Assembly: GCA_004431415.1 (NCBI GenBank)
Contig: QPMI01000491.1
Location: 1-64,000, forward strand
Length of the DNA: 64,000 nt
Reading direction: 5' to 3'
Source: Cyanophora paradoxa CCMP329
Lineage: Eukaryota; Plantae; Glaucophyta
The notes under the pieces are model-generated. The model saw nothing but the letters and a program-made list of their open reading frames with translations, had not been told where the DNA came from and searched no databases. Position 1 is the first letter of the stretch. Every line of letters starts with the position of its first letter. Shown here piece by piece: positions 1 through 12,043 of the stretch. A program made the position numbers and the translations under genes.

Positions 1-101
1 AACTGATATTGAGGGTTGCATAAACGATTCCTATCTAACCTGTAAACCATATTCAGTCACCTTGCATTATTTTTATCTGTTTCTTTATAGAAAGATACAC
101 A

Positions 102-838
102 ATGCCATACCAAGTTCTGATCTGGATGAATTTGTGGCTGGTGAAATGATAGAACCCCCTTTCAGACTACTCATACTCGGAAAAAGTGGATGCGGAAAAA
201 CAGAAGCTGTAAAATATTATTTGAAACAGCTGCATGATGCCAAAAAGATTGATACAACCTTATTATATCCGCTACCTCATTTTCACATTTTTGGGACAAA
301 GCTGCTACTGTTCAACTGGGTGCATGGGATCCCCAATACATGTCGAAAATTATAAAAGAAAGAGAGGCAAAAAGGGAGAAAGGAGAAGAACTTAACCATA
401 TGCTGGTGATTTTAGAGGATATGATAGAAAATGACCAGCTGGATCTCAGTCGAGATAAAACAGTGGAATGCTTTATGTTCGTGGCAGACATGTCAATATA
501 TCAATTATAACTATTTCCAAAATTAAGAAAGGTCGCAAGTGTTATTCGCTGCAATAGTGATATAGTAATTATGGTTTGTGCAAGCAATCAAAAAGAGCTG
601 GAAGCATTTGCAGAGGAGTTTTCGACTTTTCCTCGCAAAGAAGATTTCTATAACTGTTTGAAGAGTATGTCCACTCATACCAGTTCCTTGTTTATACATC
701 TTTCAAGTATAATGTGGGCTACTATGTTGATAAAGCCGATTTAGTTGGAGATTTCGATTTTCCTCGCTTCCACAGGAAGCCCAAAAGAAAGAAGATGAAC
801 TGAAACCACCAGAGAAAGAGGAAGCCCCAAAGAAGTGA
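102..838 (+). CDS. A32/FtsK-HerA-like genome packaging ATPase (frameshifted; end approximate)
   Basis: Walker A (FRLLILGKSGCGKT), Walker B-like HMLVILEDM, RGRHVNISII arginine-finger motif and IRCNSD read across successive frames. Likely ATG at 102. Confidence 0.85.
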
Positions 839-916
839 AAAGCCAAGTCCATAGCAATAAATTGATGCGATATAAACGCGGTTTATAAAATTATCTCTCA
901 TTCTAATAAAGATACA

Positions 917-1598
917 ATGCCTCCCAAACGAAAGATAGGGATCCAGCTGGGGCTGTTGGCTATTCAGGTGGTGGAAACAATGGATCCATTAACTGAACCA
1001 ATGAAATTCAATGGTATGAATGAGGTGAAGCCCTCACAGCAAGAAGAAGACCCCTCAATGCTGCCTATGAGGAATCAGTTGATGACAAAGCCCCACAGGC
1101 TTCAACCAGTGACCAACTCAACATCTCACCAGAAGCCTCAAAAATGAAAGCTGTTGCTGAGGGTGCCAGGCGAATTATTGGTGGCTGCTGATGATAAAGG
1201 TTTAGGCTTGCAAGATCTTTCACTGGCTCGCAAAGGTGAGGTCTTAGTAAGGAATCAGACAAGGTAATTCAGTCTATGGCTGGTGAAGTCACATACAAGA
1301 CTGCTCCCACTCAAAATATTCATCGAATTCCAAGGCTCAATGGGATGAGATGACTGCTAAACTCAAAGATCTGGAAGCCAAATCAAGTGCCTTGGAGCAG
1401 TATGTTACTGAGAAGAAAGAGAGAGCCAAGCTAAAGGAGATGCTTCGAAAGGAAGTTTATAAAATGGGCATTACTGGTGTCCCAGATAAACAGTTTATTG
1501 CTAAGAAAGAGAACCAAATCGATGAGCAGGCAGTAGATGAAATGAAAACAAAGACCCAAAGGGAACTATTGAACCTGGTGCCACCAAAGCTGAAGTAG
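917..1598 (+). CDS. Hypothetical viral protein, basic N-terminus and coiled-coil-like C-terminus (probably one frameshifted gene)
   Basis: ORFs 917-1147 and 1350-1598 are collinear. The upstream motif TTATCT-n-AAAGATACA-ATG resembles that of the ATPase. Confidence 0.5.
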
Positions 1599-1691
1599 AA
1601 AAGGGAGTAGCCCCAACAGTATATAAAGACGAGTTTGGCTTTAATTTCTCTGTTTTATTAGAGACATGGATATAATACGAAAGTTATTGAG

Positions 1692-1919
1692 ATGCTCAGT
1701 CTGCATGTGGTGAGCAATTGCCACAGTGGATGCTGTGACACAACAATAGAGTTTGAGATGTCAGATACTGAGGATAATGTATCTGAGGCAAGAGAGAGAA
1801 GGAGATCAACAGTTTCAGTGGAGTCAATGCCAGCAGACCCACAGAGTATACATATGAGCAACAGGAGTATCCAAGGAGAAGTTCCTCTGCCAGCAGAAAA
1901 CGTTTCTCTGGGAATATAA
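1692..1919 (+). CDS. Small hypothetical viral protein
   Basis: 75-aa ORF in a densely packed viral region; no recognisable motif. Confidence 0.3.
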   Translation: MLSLHVVSNCHSGCCDTTIEFEMSDTEDNVSEARERRRSTVSVESMPADPQSIHMSNRSIQGEVPLPAENVSLGI

Positions 1920-1996
1920 ATGGAGGACACTATTAGTTTAATCGAGTTTACAGTGATGAACCTGTTACTGAGGGTTCTATTAGACACATTCTAGCA

Positions 1997-2116
1997 ATGC
2001 AGAAACGATATAGAGAGGACCCAGCATATAGAGAGTATAAAAAGCAGCAAGCCCTGGCATCCTATTATCGCAGAAAAGCCAAAAAGAGGAGCAGAGACAA
2101 GAGGGAGACCGATTAA
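1997..2116 (+). CDS. Small basic protein (MQKRYREDPAYREYKK...), may extend upstream to 1920 through a frameshift
   Basis: Hand-translated 39-aa K/R/Y-rich ORF sharing a Y..D..YR..K pattern with ORF 5231-5485. Confidence 0.35.
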   Translation: MQKRYREDPAYREYKKQQALASYYRRKAKKRSRDKRETD

Positions 2117-2298
2117 ATATTATTTGCCTACTGAAAGTAGCAATGGACCCCAGGTCTATAAGATAATTGAGAAAAGCGGTCTCAGTATGCCACTGAGGCA
2201 GCTATAAAAATATATACAAAGGAATTGGCTTTATACTTGCAATCAAGTCACAGATAAGTTTTGTAAATATGCTTTTTTGTTGTTTTTTGTTTGCATTC

Positions 2299-2472
2299 TC
2301 AGACACTGAAACAGTAATGTGAATGTTTAACTGATCTATTTCTCTTTGGTTTAGCTGCATACATATTGTAACCTATCAATCTCTGTGACATTTCGATATA
2401 TGCCCCTATATCTCCATGCTTTATGCATTTATCTAACTCAGTCATGGTCATCTCATCAAGAGTCTTTGCCAT
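2299..2472 (-). CDS. Small hypothetical viral protein (MAKTLDEM...)
   Basis: Short ORF downstream of the primase-helicase, same strand. Confidence 0.3.
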   Translation of the reverse strand: MAKTLDEMTMTELDKCIKHGDIGAYIEMSQRLIGYNMYAAKPKRNRSVKHSHYCFSV

Positions 2473-2540
2473 TTTGTCTTCACTATACACAATCAAGTAA
2501 GCCTTAAGTATTCTTGTCAATTTTGGTCATTTTCGATAGG

Positions 2541-2639
2541 TGTGACAGGTGTGACAGGTGTGACAGGTCTATCCCATCGATTTTGAAAATCAACTTTTCA
2601 CCAGGGCTTTCCTTGGGATGGACTGTCACACTGTCACAC
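2541..2639. repeat. Inverted iteron cassette, candidate replication origin (copy 1)
   Basis: TGTGACAGG x3, ~55-bp spacer, CTGTCACA x2. Lies ~60 bp past the primase-helicase stop codon. Confidence 0.7.
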
Positions 2640-2698
2640 AAACCATTTTCAGTAAGGCTATAAAAATATATGTAAATCTCAATCATTAATCGTTTTCT

Positions 2699-5019
2699 TT
2701 AATATTCGGCATCATCTTCATTGTCTTCCTGAACCCTTGTTATCTTTCGAATCCCAATATATCCTCTGGCAAGAATACCATTAACTCGTTTTCTTTCTGA
2801 TTTAACATTGAAGATCTCCCTTACTCTTTTCATAACAGATACACATTCAAACTTTATTCATCAACACTTTTGTATGATTTGTAAATGATATCACTGGAAA
2901 CAAAGTCGTTAGCATTATGTGTAACTCGAATTATCTCGAAGCATTCACCAATCTTATCATTTTCAGCTATAAAGTTAATTCCCTGTTCATAATCGATTGA
3001 GGGGACTTCTTAAGATCTCTTCAACCTCTTTGTTCTTCCACATATCCAGTAATATCTTCATGTGAGCCATCTTATACTCATCATCATTGTGTAGAAGTGT
3101 GAACAGAGTTGGGTCAGCTTTCTTTTGACCAGCTTCTGGCTTCTCTCTGAATATATTATTGAATCTCTGATAGGAAAGTCTTCTTTGAATTGCAAAGTCT
3201 GGTTTATTTATAGTCAAATTGTCATTAGTTGTAATGTAGACTGAAACATTGGGGTAAGGATAACTGGGTCTTTGAACAAGGCTCTCACAGTCATTTCATT
3301 TCCACCTGTGACCTCCTTAATCTTGGAGATCTGCAGTTTATCACCATCTTCAGCCTCATTACTGAATACAAGTCGCTTTCCAAGGAGTTTGGCAAGTTCA
3401 GGAGTAGCCTCTGATGAGTTCTTTTTAGGCTTAGTCCAATAGGATATTTCGAGAGGGCTGTAATAGCGACCAGATATCTGTTTGCAGTATTCCTGAACAA
3501 GTGATTTACCATTAGCACCAGCACCAGTCCACATATAGAACTTCTGGGATTTAGTTGATCCACTAAGGGCAATTGCAATGGATGCCAGAAGATACTTTCG
3601 CTCTGCTGGATCATCCACAATCTCTTTATAAATCTGATTGAGATGCTCTATTTTCTTGGGGTCTACATTTTCAGTATAGTCATAACCCACAGTCTTGCTC
3701 ACCATATCTTCCAGTTTACCCTTTCTGAAAGTCATAGTGGTCAGATCAAATACACCATTTTCGAATCCAATCACATATGGAACTGTGTCAATCTTCTCAA
3801 AGAATTCATCATCATTCAGCAGTGGGACCAAGTCAGTCAGAAGGGATTTGCGAAATCCTGATTGTTTAAGATTTTTGGCAATGGTCATCAATGTTTTGGA
3901 TCTTTCTTCGAAAGCTGCTTTGTTTTCCTCATCCTTTAAAGCTCTTTGACTATAATGCACAGCCCTTCCAAGGTATTGGGGGACAACAAGACGGCTTATA
4001 TCTAGGTAAATCTTTAGGTTTGTGTCATCATGCTCCCAAATCCAGTATCAGTATTGAGTTTGAACCATGACTTTTTGGAGTATCTCCATGTATGTTTAAG
4101 AACCTCTTTGCATACTAACTCACATCATAATGAGCGCCACCAGAACCAGCGGATTTATCTATAAGATTGAAGATATCAGATTGCATTCCAATGCAGATGA
4201 ATCGTTTTTTGCAATTTCCACTGTAGCTTGACACAATGTATTTGTTATCATCTCCTTTAGCTTTCATAACATACCAGTTATTCGATTCATGTGAACCATT
4301 GCAGCATGGGCAATTGAGTCCCTTGTTAGCAGCATCAAAGTTAAAGCCAAGTTCAGTTTTAGAGATTATATTGGGATGCATAAATCCCATATCCACCAGC
4401 TCTTTGATAATATTGTTTTCCAGTTCATCATGTGAGGTAGCATTAGCAGTATACTCACTCTTATAGATGTAGTTATCTATTATCCACTTTTTGAAGTCAT
4501 CAGTAGGCTCATTGAAATCACAGGTATCATCCCATGGGGAGATTACCCAAGCCTTGTTCACACTGGGACACACATTGATCAGTCCAGAAGTTCCAGTTCC
4601 AGTGATTGTTTTCAGGTCAACCTTCTCAAAGCCTTTAAAGCCAGGAGCCTTATCGGTAATTTTGAGTTTATTGAACTCCTCAGGTCGTTTAAAGTAGACA
4701 TGATAGCCTTTTTTAGTTTTTGCCATGGGCTGATTGGCATCAAAGTCATCAGGAAACATATCCGGAATTTCTCAAAGTCCTCCTCATCATCAAAGTCAAT
4801 AACCATCATGTTGTCTGAGAGCAGAATGCCCCAAGATACATACTGATTAGTTGCCAGCGCTTCCTCATACTTTTCCCAGGACCATGCACCTCCCTTATGC
4901 TTGAAAACAGGGTCTTTGCTGTCAGGTTTCACTGGGATAATCATGTTTTTGGACAGTTCCTCATCAGATCTGAGCCAGTTAGCGAGCGATTTGAGCGATT
5001 TAGTCTGTTTGGCGTTCAT
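2699..5019 (-). CDS. PrimPol (AEP) - Zn-finger - D5-like SF3 helicase fusion (frameshifted)
   Basis: Prim-Pol motifs WGILL..MMVIDFDD and KTKKGYHVYF; CPCCNGSH; D5_N IGFENGVFDL; Walker A WTGAGANGKS; Walker B RLVFSNE; KEVTGG..RALF; DFAIQRRL. Stop at 2699-2701. Confidence 0.92.
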
Positions 5020-5230
5020 TTTCAGCGATCGGGGTCCCTTTTATATATATAGAAGATTTTTCTTTAAGTAGTTTTGGGTCCCCAATCATTTTTTGTTGGA
5101 AATCGAGAAAGTATCCCTACGAAATTTATCCACATGATATATCGAGTGGTTTAGATACAAAAAGGATGAATGGGTATTTCAGCGAATAAACAGCATATCC
5201 CCAGCCTAGTAATATGCTGGGAAAAATAAT

Positions 5231-5485
5231 TTAGACATGTTTCAATTTTCTCCCTCTATTTGAGTAAGGGACATCATACAAATACTTGACAAAGCAGACT
5301 GCATTGGCTGCATACTTTCGCTGACATGAACTTGCTATTTTCATTGCTCTATAGGTATCATCGGTTTGATATAGATCTCTTAGCTGTGTGGCTATTTTTT
5401 CGTTAAACTTTTTGATTTGAGCCTTACCTTTTTCAGTTTGCTGATATCTTTTCATAGCTCTCTTCTGGGCTTCACTGAGTGGCAT
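5231..5485 (-). CDS. Small basic protein, possible DNA-binding
   Basis: 84-aa ORF MPLSEAQKRAMKRYQQTEKGK..., preceded by the promoter motif. Confidence 0.6.
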   Translation of the reverse strand: MPLSEAQKRAMKRYQQTEKGKAQIKKFNEKIATQLRDLYQTDDTYRAMKIASSCQRKYAANAVCFVKYLYDVPYSNRGRKLKHV

Positions 5486-5541
5486 TTTTCCTTTGTCTCT
5501 CTTAATATATATAGAGAATTCTTTAAATCATTTTTTGTTGC

Positions 5542-5859
5542 TCAGCCAAATGTAATTGTTTCAACATCACATGCATTGTAGTCCAGAATGTTGAACAAGG
5601 TGAACTCTGGATACTGTAATGTGTTTCTACAGAATGGGCATTTTGTATTCCCGACTATTTCCTCTTGCTGTTTCATACATCCTATACAGACTGTCTTGAA
5701 GTACTGATCACACACAAACTGATCATAGCTAGTCTCATCACATTTACATAAACTGCATAGAATTCGTTTATACTCTGAGCTTTCACATGTGTCATTTCTT
5801 TCTCTAATGTTTCTCAGGATTGCTGAAATTTCTAGCGTTCTTTGACTCTCCTGGTTCAT
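5542..5859 (-). CDS. RING-finger-like protein (putative viral E3 ligase)
   Basis: CSLC...C....CIGC...CPFCR spacing. Likely start is MNQESQ at 5859, after the promoter motif. Confidence 0.7.
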   Translation of the reverse strand: MNQESQRTLEISAILRNIRERNDTCESSEYKRILCSLCKCDETSYDQFVCDQYFKTVCIGCMKQQEEIVGNTKCPFCRNTLQYPEFTLFNILDYNACDVETITFG

Positions 5860-5982
5860 TCTTGCTATTTGGCTTCTATATATATACAATATAAAATTTC
5901 CTTTAAGTATTTTCGCGTTTGGAATATCCCCATTTAAAACCTCCCCTTTTATTAGGAACAAGTTAGGAACAAGTTAGGAACA

Positions 5983-8900
5983 ATGCCCCGAATTAGCAAC
6001 AGACTTATTAGAGAAAAGAAATGGGAACTCATGGGATTACTGGGAACACTGTATGCAGCCCATGAAATTACAGAGGCTGAATATGACCGGGAAATCGGAT
6101 TTATTTCAAGGGGCAGACCCACTTTAGCAAAATTAACCAGAAAAGCCAATAACCTCTATGACAAAGTTGAGACTCTTGATGAACTCGATCGCCTGAGGCA
6201 AATAGAACCAGAGGCAGAAGATGGCACAGCCATGAATGAATTATATCGCTGGCTCACATACAGAGCCAGAAGGGAAGTTGTGGTAGATGTGATTGAATAT
6301 TTAGATAGAATTGCAACCTCTCTACCAAAACGTTTAAGAGATAGTCTGGATCAATTCAGGGCAATCAAAGTTCGCTTGTCGTTTATCTGCAAGTTCGTAA
6401 AAGTCAGCAATCCACAGGTTTGGATATCGAAATACATTTACAGCGATTATTTTGTATTAACCAAATCGAGAAATATTCGAACTGAGCTGAATAAAGCAGC
6501 CCAAATGTGTCAGGAACAGATGAATGTTGTTGATAGCTATCGATTGGAGAGAATCGAAATGCTAAGAGTTGCTATTATGAGTTATGCCCCAACTGGTGGC
6601 TGCTATGTTAAAACACCAGAATCAATTGCAGCCAAGAGAGCCACAGTGAATATTCGAAATATTGATGATTCTTGCTTTGAAAATGCCATTTTGGCATGGA
6701 TCCATAGGAAAGATGTAAATTCCCACAAGAGAAGTGAGCTTACACAATATCGCAAATGGAAATACTCACCAACCACATACAATCCTTTGGCTCTCAATTT
6801 CGACAATATCCCATTCCCTGTTCCTTGTGATGCTGAAATCATTGATAAATTCGAATCTCAAAATGCAGGCATCAGCATAAACATATTTGGAATGGATGGA
6901 GATGTTATATATCCCCTACATCAATCCAGCAACCCAGGCAGAAAGCAAAAGATTAATCTAATGCTCATTCATGATGATGAAGGGAATGGTCACTATATTA
7001 CTATCATGTCCCTTTCAAGACTTCTCAGAGTTGCCCTTGATAAAACCAAGGATCAAAAGTTACACTACTGTGATACATGCTTATCTCGATTCAGGTCTGA
7101 GGCTAAACTCACTGCTCATGTGGACTCAAACAGATGCATTGATTGGAGACTCTCAAAGGGAATCACCCCTAAGCCTGACACCACAATAGAGTTTGGACTG
7201 AAAAACCTCAGGAAAACTGTCTGGCTTCCTGTTGTGGTTTACTGCAAGATTGAACATAGAAGCATCCCCATTGATGCATCGAAATCCAAGAGGGAAGTCT
7301 CAGCAGTCAACATTAGAATAGTCACTGGGGCAGATGTTCAGGAGTTTCGATTTGAGGGTCAGGATCCAATGGGAGGTCTGTTTGAATGCTTGGAGTCCAA
7401 AGCAAGAGAGCTAATCGATTTCCTGTTCACCAATATTCCCATGAATGAACTCACAGATGAGCAAAAGGCTATTTACAGAGCTACCAAACACTGTTACCTT
7501 TGCAGTGAGAGGTTCACCAAGGAAAACTTCAAATGCAGGGATCATGATCACCACACAGGTAATTACATTGCACCTGCATGCAGAAACTGCAATCTCCATA
7601 GGAGAATCTCAAAGCAAACAAAAGTAGCAGTGGTTGTTGACCAAATGGATGACTGTGGGACATTCATTTTCAGAAAAATAGCAGGCATGGGTGATAAAAA
7701 GCGAATCGAAATCCTTTCGAAAAACTTTGATCAATACCTTTCATTGCAATGGGGTCTTTACAAGTTCATTGATGCAAGTAATTTTATGGACTTTGGGGCT
7801 GCTGATGTAGATGAGTTAATGAGCAAATTCCAGGCTTTCAGAAGGCTTTCACACTCAGTATATGGATTGGACCCAGTTCATTATGTATCTGCACCTGGGT
7901 TATCTTGGGATGCTATGCTTAGGACCACCAAGGCAAAAATAGAGCTTATAAGTGATGTAGAGCAATACGAATTTGTTGAGAGGGGAATCAGGGGTGGCTT
8001 TGCAACAATGCCTTGTAGGTATGCTGAGGCTGATGGTGAGAACTCCCATATAATGCTGTTTGATGCTAACAACTTGTATGGCTACTGTTTGAGTCAGCCA
8101 ATCCCAGTTGGTGATTTTAGATGGGAGACCGAATTCAACCCACAAGATAACAGATCCAGTTTCCTGGAAGTTGATCTGGATTACCCAATTAGGCTATATC
8201 TAGACCACAGTGATTTCCCCCTAATTATTAACAAGAAAATAGTAGAATATGCAGAATTATCACAATATCAAAAGAGCCTATTAGATCTCTCAGGAGAAGA
8301 GCTTGATAAGACCCTAAGCTAACTGCAACCTTTGGTTCTGTGACCAACTATGTGATTTCTGAGCCTCTTCTACAGTATCTGTTGGACAAAGGGGTGAAAC
8401 TAAAGAAGGTTCACAGGGTCCTATCATTTACTGTGGCTCCTGTAATGAAACCCTACATTGAGCTGAATACTGAGATGAGAAGGAAAGCAGTGAATAAATT
8501 CGAGGCTGATTTCTATAAACTCATGAATAACTCAATCTATGGGAAATGCATTGAATCTTGCAGAGGTAGATCTGTGGTTAAGATTGCAAACAGTGAGAAA
8601 CTGTTTATGAAATATGCAGCCTCCCCATTGGTGAAATCAACAAGTCCCATAAACGAAAAAGCAGTTGCCTTTGAGTTTTACACAAAGCATGTGAAGCTAG
8701 ATAAGCCAGTTGCTATTGGGGCTTATGTTCTGGATGCAGCCAAACTGCATAACTACAAGTTCTTCTATGATACTGTAAGGTCCCAATGGACAAAAGCAAA
8801 GTTACTATTCCATGATACTGACTCCTTCTGTCTATATATTGAATCTAAGACCCTCCAAGAGGACCTGGGGAATATCTCTTATGCATTGGACCTAGGGGGG

Positions 8901-9227
8901 TCTAACAGAATGACCCCAGGTAAATACAAAAATGAGATGCCTGGCTCTGCTATATTGGAGTATGTGGGTCTGAGAGCTAAAGTTTACAGTTTCAGAACTG
9001 CTGAGATTGAGAGGAGTAAGCTCTCTGGGACTTCAACTGAGGAACTCCAATTTAATGATTTTAAACAGTGTTTATTTGCAGGTATCAGCAAGACTGTGAC
9101 TGCAAAGCAGAAAAGAAGGGCAGATCACACAATAATAGACACTGTGAGTAGAAGGGTTGCCCTAAACTGCTTTGATGCAAAGAGATACATCTTACCAGAT
9201 GGTATTAATTCTGTTCCTTTTAATTAA
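5983..9227 (+). CDS. polB: Protein-primed family B DNA polymerase with N-terminal TP/vOTU-like region, C2H2-like finger and EndoVII-like insert (one frameshift near 8313)
   Basis: Motif A FDANNLYG, motif B KLMNNSIYGK, motif C HDTDS, VGLRAKVYS. CYLC..DHDHHTG..CRNCNL insert. Adding one C to the run at 8312-8314 restores KTPKLTATFGSVTNYV. Confidence 0.95.
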
Positions 9228-9230
9228 GAG

Positions 9231-10615
9231 ATGCCAGCAACTGGAAGAATAGTTAGGAGAACCACTGAGCAACTACAAGGTAACCTACTGCCTATCACAG
9301 TTCCCAAGGAGGAAAAGGGAGAATCTCGAATTGTAAAAAAGTCAGAGATGAAAGAGCTTGTCCCAGTAGAGATCCCAGTTGCTATTGCAGTGAAAGAAAC
9401 CAGCAAGATTGCCAAGAGATTCTATGATGTGAGAACTGGTTACAAAGGGCTTCAAGCTATGAGGGCTGAGTTACCTGATGAATCCTATAAGCAGTTGCAA
9501 GAGTTCTATAAAAAACAAGAAGTTGTTCAGATCAATGCACCTGCTATATCTAGGAAGAGAGATCCATGGTCCCAATTAGGCAACCCCTTGATACCTATGT
9601 GATTGATTTGCTCTTTTTCCCAGCTTATAAGAAACAAAACAATGGCTATGATACCTTTATGACTGCAATGGAATCTACACTGAGAACTGGGTATATCATA
9701 CCTATAAGGGATAAATCAGCTCTCACTACATTAGCTGCATTTAAACAGCTTGAAATGAGAGTGGCAAGACCCATAGTAAAAGTTCAATCAGATGCTGGGA
9801 GTGAATTCCAAAATCGAATATTCCAGGAGTATCTATCTAGTAAATTCATAGAACACCAAGTGAGTGGAACTGCAGACCATAGAAGCCAAGGTCGAATTGA
9901 AGCCTTTAACAAGCAGATTAAGAGACTGATCACAAACTACTGCATAGCCAATAATACAGCTAGATTCTTTGATGTGTTAGGTGATATTGAGTATAATTAC
10001 AATAATACAGTTCACTCAGCTACTAAGATGAAGCCAGGCGAAACTACAGAGGAGCATTATAGGTATATAGTGGGATTAGAAGATGAAAGATTCAAGAAAT
10101 CAATAGCTTACCTTGATACCATGCAGCCTGGCATGTTTGTTAGAGTGAAAGTTGAGAAAAATCCCTTTGCTAAACAGGGTAACAATTGGTCTAGGATGGT
10201 TTACACTGTTGATAGTAGGGAAGGCTTTAAGTTTAAGCTAAGGAGTCCCACTGGTGAGATCATAGATAACAGGTTTGCTTTCCATGAGCTGTTGCCTGTG
10301 AATGCAGTTGAATATCTAGAAACCCCTACAGTGGATGCCTTGGAGCAAGCTAAAGAGGAAGCTAGGGTTGATGCTGCTATAAGGAGAGAAGGCATAGAAG
10401 CTGCTAATGAAGTCCCAGATAAGCCTTTGATAGAGGCTAGAAAGGAGAAGGCTGGGAAAGTTAACAGGGAACTCAAAAAGCTCACTATAGCAGGGACACA
10501 GAAACTTTCTGAGGTTAATAGCCAGAGATGGTATAATGACTTTCAGACTACTAAGGAGTCATATACAGCCCCTAAACCTCAGAGAACACTAAGAGAAAGG
10601 ACCAAAACTAGCTAG
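9231..10615 (+). CDS. Retroviral-type (rve) DDE integrase (one frameshift near 9560-9570)
   Basis: YVIDLL / VQSDAGSEF / SQGRIEAFNK triad, YNNTVHSATKMKP, and an SH3-like VRVK..F.K...NWS..VYTV region. No chromodomain seen. Confidence 0.93.
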
Positions 10616-12043
10616 TTTGCTAGGCAAAAACTCGTTTTTTCCAAATATATGTATGACTGATATACATATATGCACATGATATACACATAGTCTTGTAGAT
10701 CTTATCAAGCGCTTCACAGCGATATGCAGAACGTTGCGTTTTGATGATCTGGTGATGAGATATAACAGTTTGAAGATGCAAAAGTCACTTGCCATAGTAG
10801 ACTTGGTGAAACACTAGCCCAGGAGTCGACTTGGAAAGCCGTTTTTGGCTCAGAGAATACAGCGCTTGATTTCTGACTCAAAACTACGCGGTTCAAATCC
10901 GCTCGGGAACCTTTACTTCGTTCGCCGTGAAACTTGAAAAGTAAAAAAAAAACGCGGTTTTTTCTAGATTAATGCTGTACCCGTCTAGAAAATCAATATT
11001 CACGTTTGCTACGATATCTCAACACCAACTTATCAAATCGATGCGCTTAAAACGTCATAAAATCGAGCATTTCAAGGCGGTCACAGCGCTTATGAGCCAT
11101 ATCGGAATTTCACTAACTGTAACTCCAAATCGCGATGAAACCGATTTTGAATTTCGATTTTAAATTCGATTAAAATCCATTAAACGTGAGTTTTTAATAT
11201 AGATCACTAGGAAGTTATCAAATCGATGCACTGACGGTCGAATATAATCCCATATATCATACATAACAATAACTTGCAATCACATATACGAATCTCAATG
11301 TGTATAGATCGCTATTACGATTAAAGCGAGTTTTGAAATTCAAAATTAATTCGATTAAATTCGATTATAACTCAAAAATCGCGATTTATAACCATATACT
11401 TATCGTTTCGATCAACTTATGATATCGAATATTCAACTATATTATATTGCTTCGATAACTGTGATCCCATCTATGATCCCATCAATCTAACACTGCATTT
11501 AGTAAGCATCTCCCCTTGATTCCCCCTATTATATTATATTTATATTTAAGTGGACTCAAGGTTGACTCATATTAATCGTAAAAGTAGTAAAAGTATATGG
11601 ATTTTGTTACGAATTCAATGCAAGGGTTGACTAAGTGGGTTGAGTTGACTCAAATTTCACAGGAAATAACAATGAATCAGAGTATAAATGCATTTTTTGA
11701 ATCAACTACACCAACTAACACTGAGAAAGTAGAAGATATCATATAGTATTACCATATATGGTTTGTCAGGCACTATAATATAGTTGTCAGGCACTTATAT
11801 AGTATGTCAGGCATTGTCAGGCACCTTTTTAGAAAACTTTTCTATAATTCAAATTTCATTGTTGATCCAAACAATGACTTTGCCAAAATAAAATACTTTG
11901 TCAAAATCGATGGATTTAATGCCTGACAAATAAATGCTGCCTGAAAGATTTTAAATCACATTCCTAAGATCACATTTGAATCAACTACACCAACTAACAC
12001 TGAGATTTTAACAATATATGAGGTCCTTACTGAATATGGTATG

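Larger units (their letters stand above)
5041..5910 (-). promoter_or_regulatory. Repeated viral promoter-like motif TTAAAG-n(~8-13)-TATATA upstream of three minus-strand genes
   Basis: Copies at ~5041-5070, ~5505-5540 and ~5877-5910, each just upstream of an ATG. Two also have CAACAAAAAA(A)TGATT nearby. Confidence 0.55.

Noticed and set aside
917-2520. Major or minor capsid protein or maturation protease of the virus
   Set aside because: No ORF of suitable size or motif; these genes probably lie left of the window.
1-10615. Virus as a decayed pseudogenised relic
   Set aside because: Not supported on present evidence. The breaks I inspected are single-base losses in short runs and catalytic motifs are intact, which fits long-read error; polishing is needed to decide.
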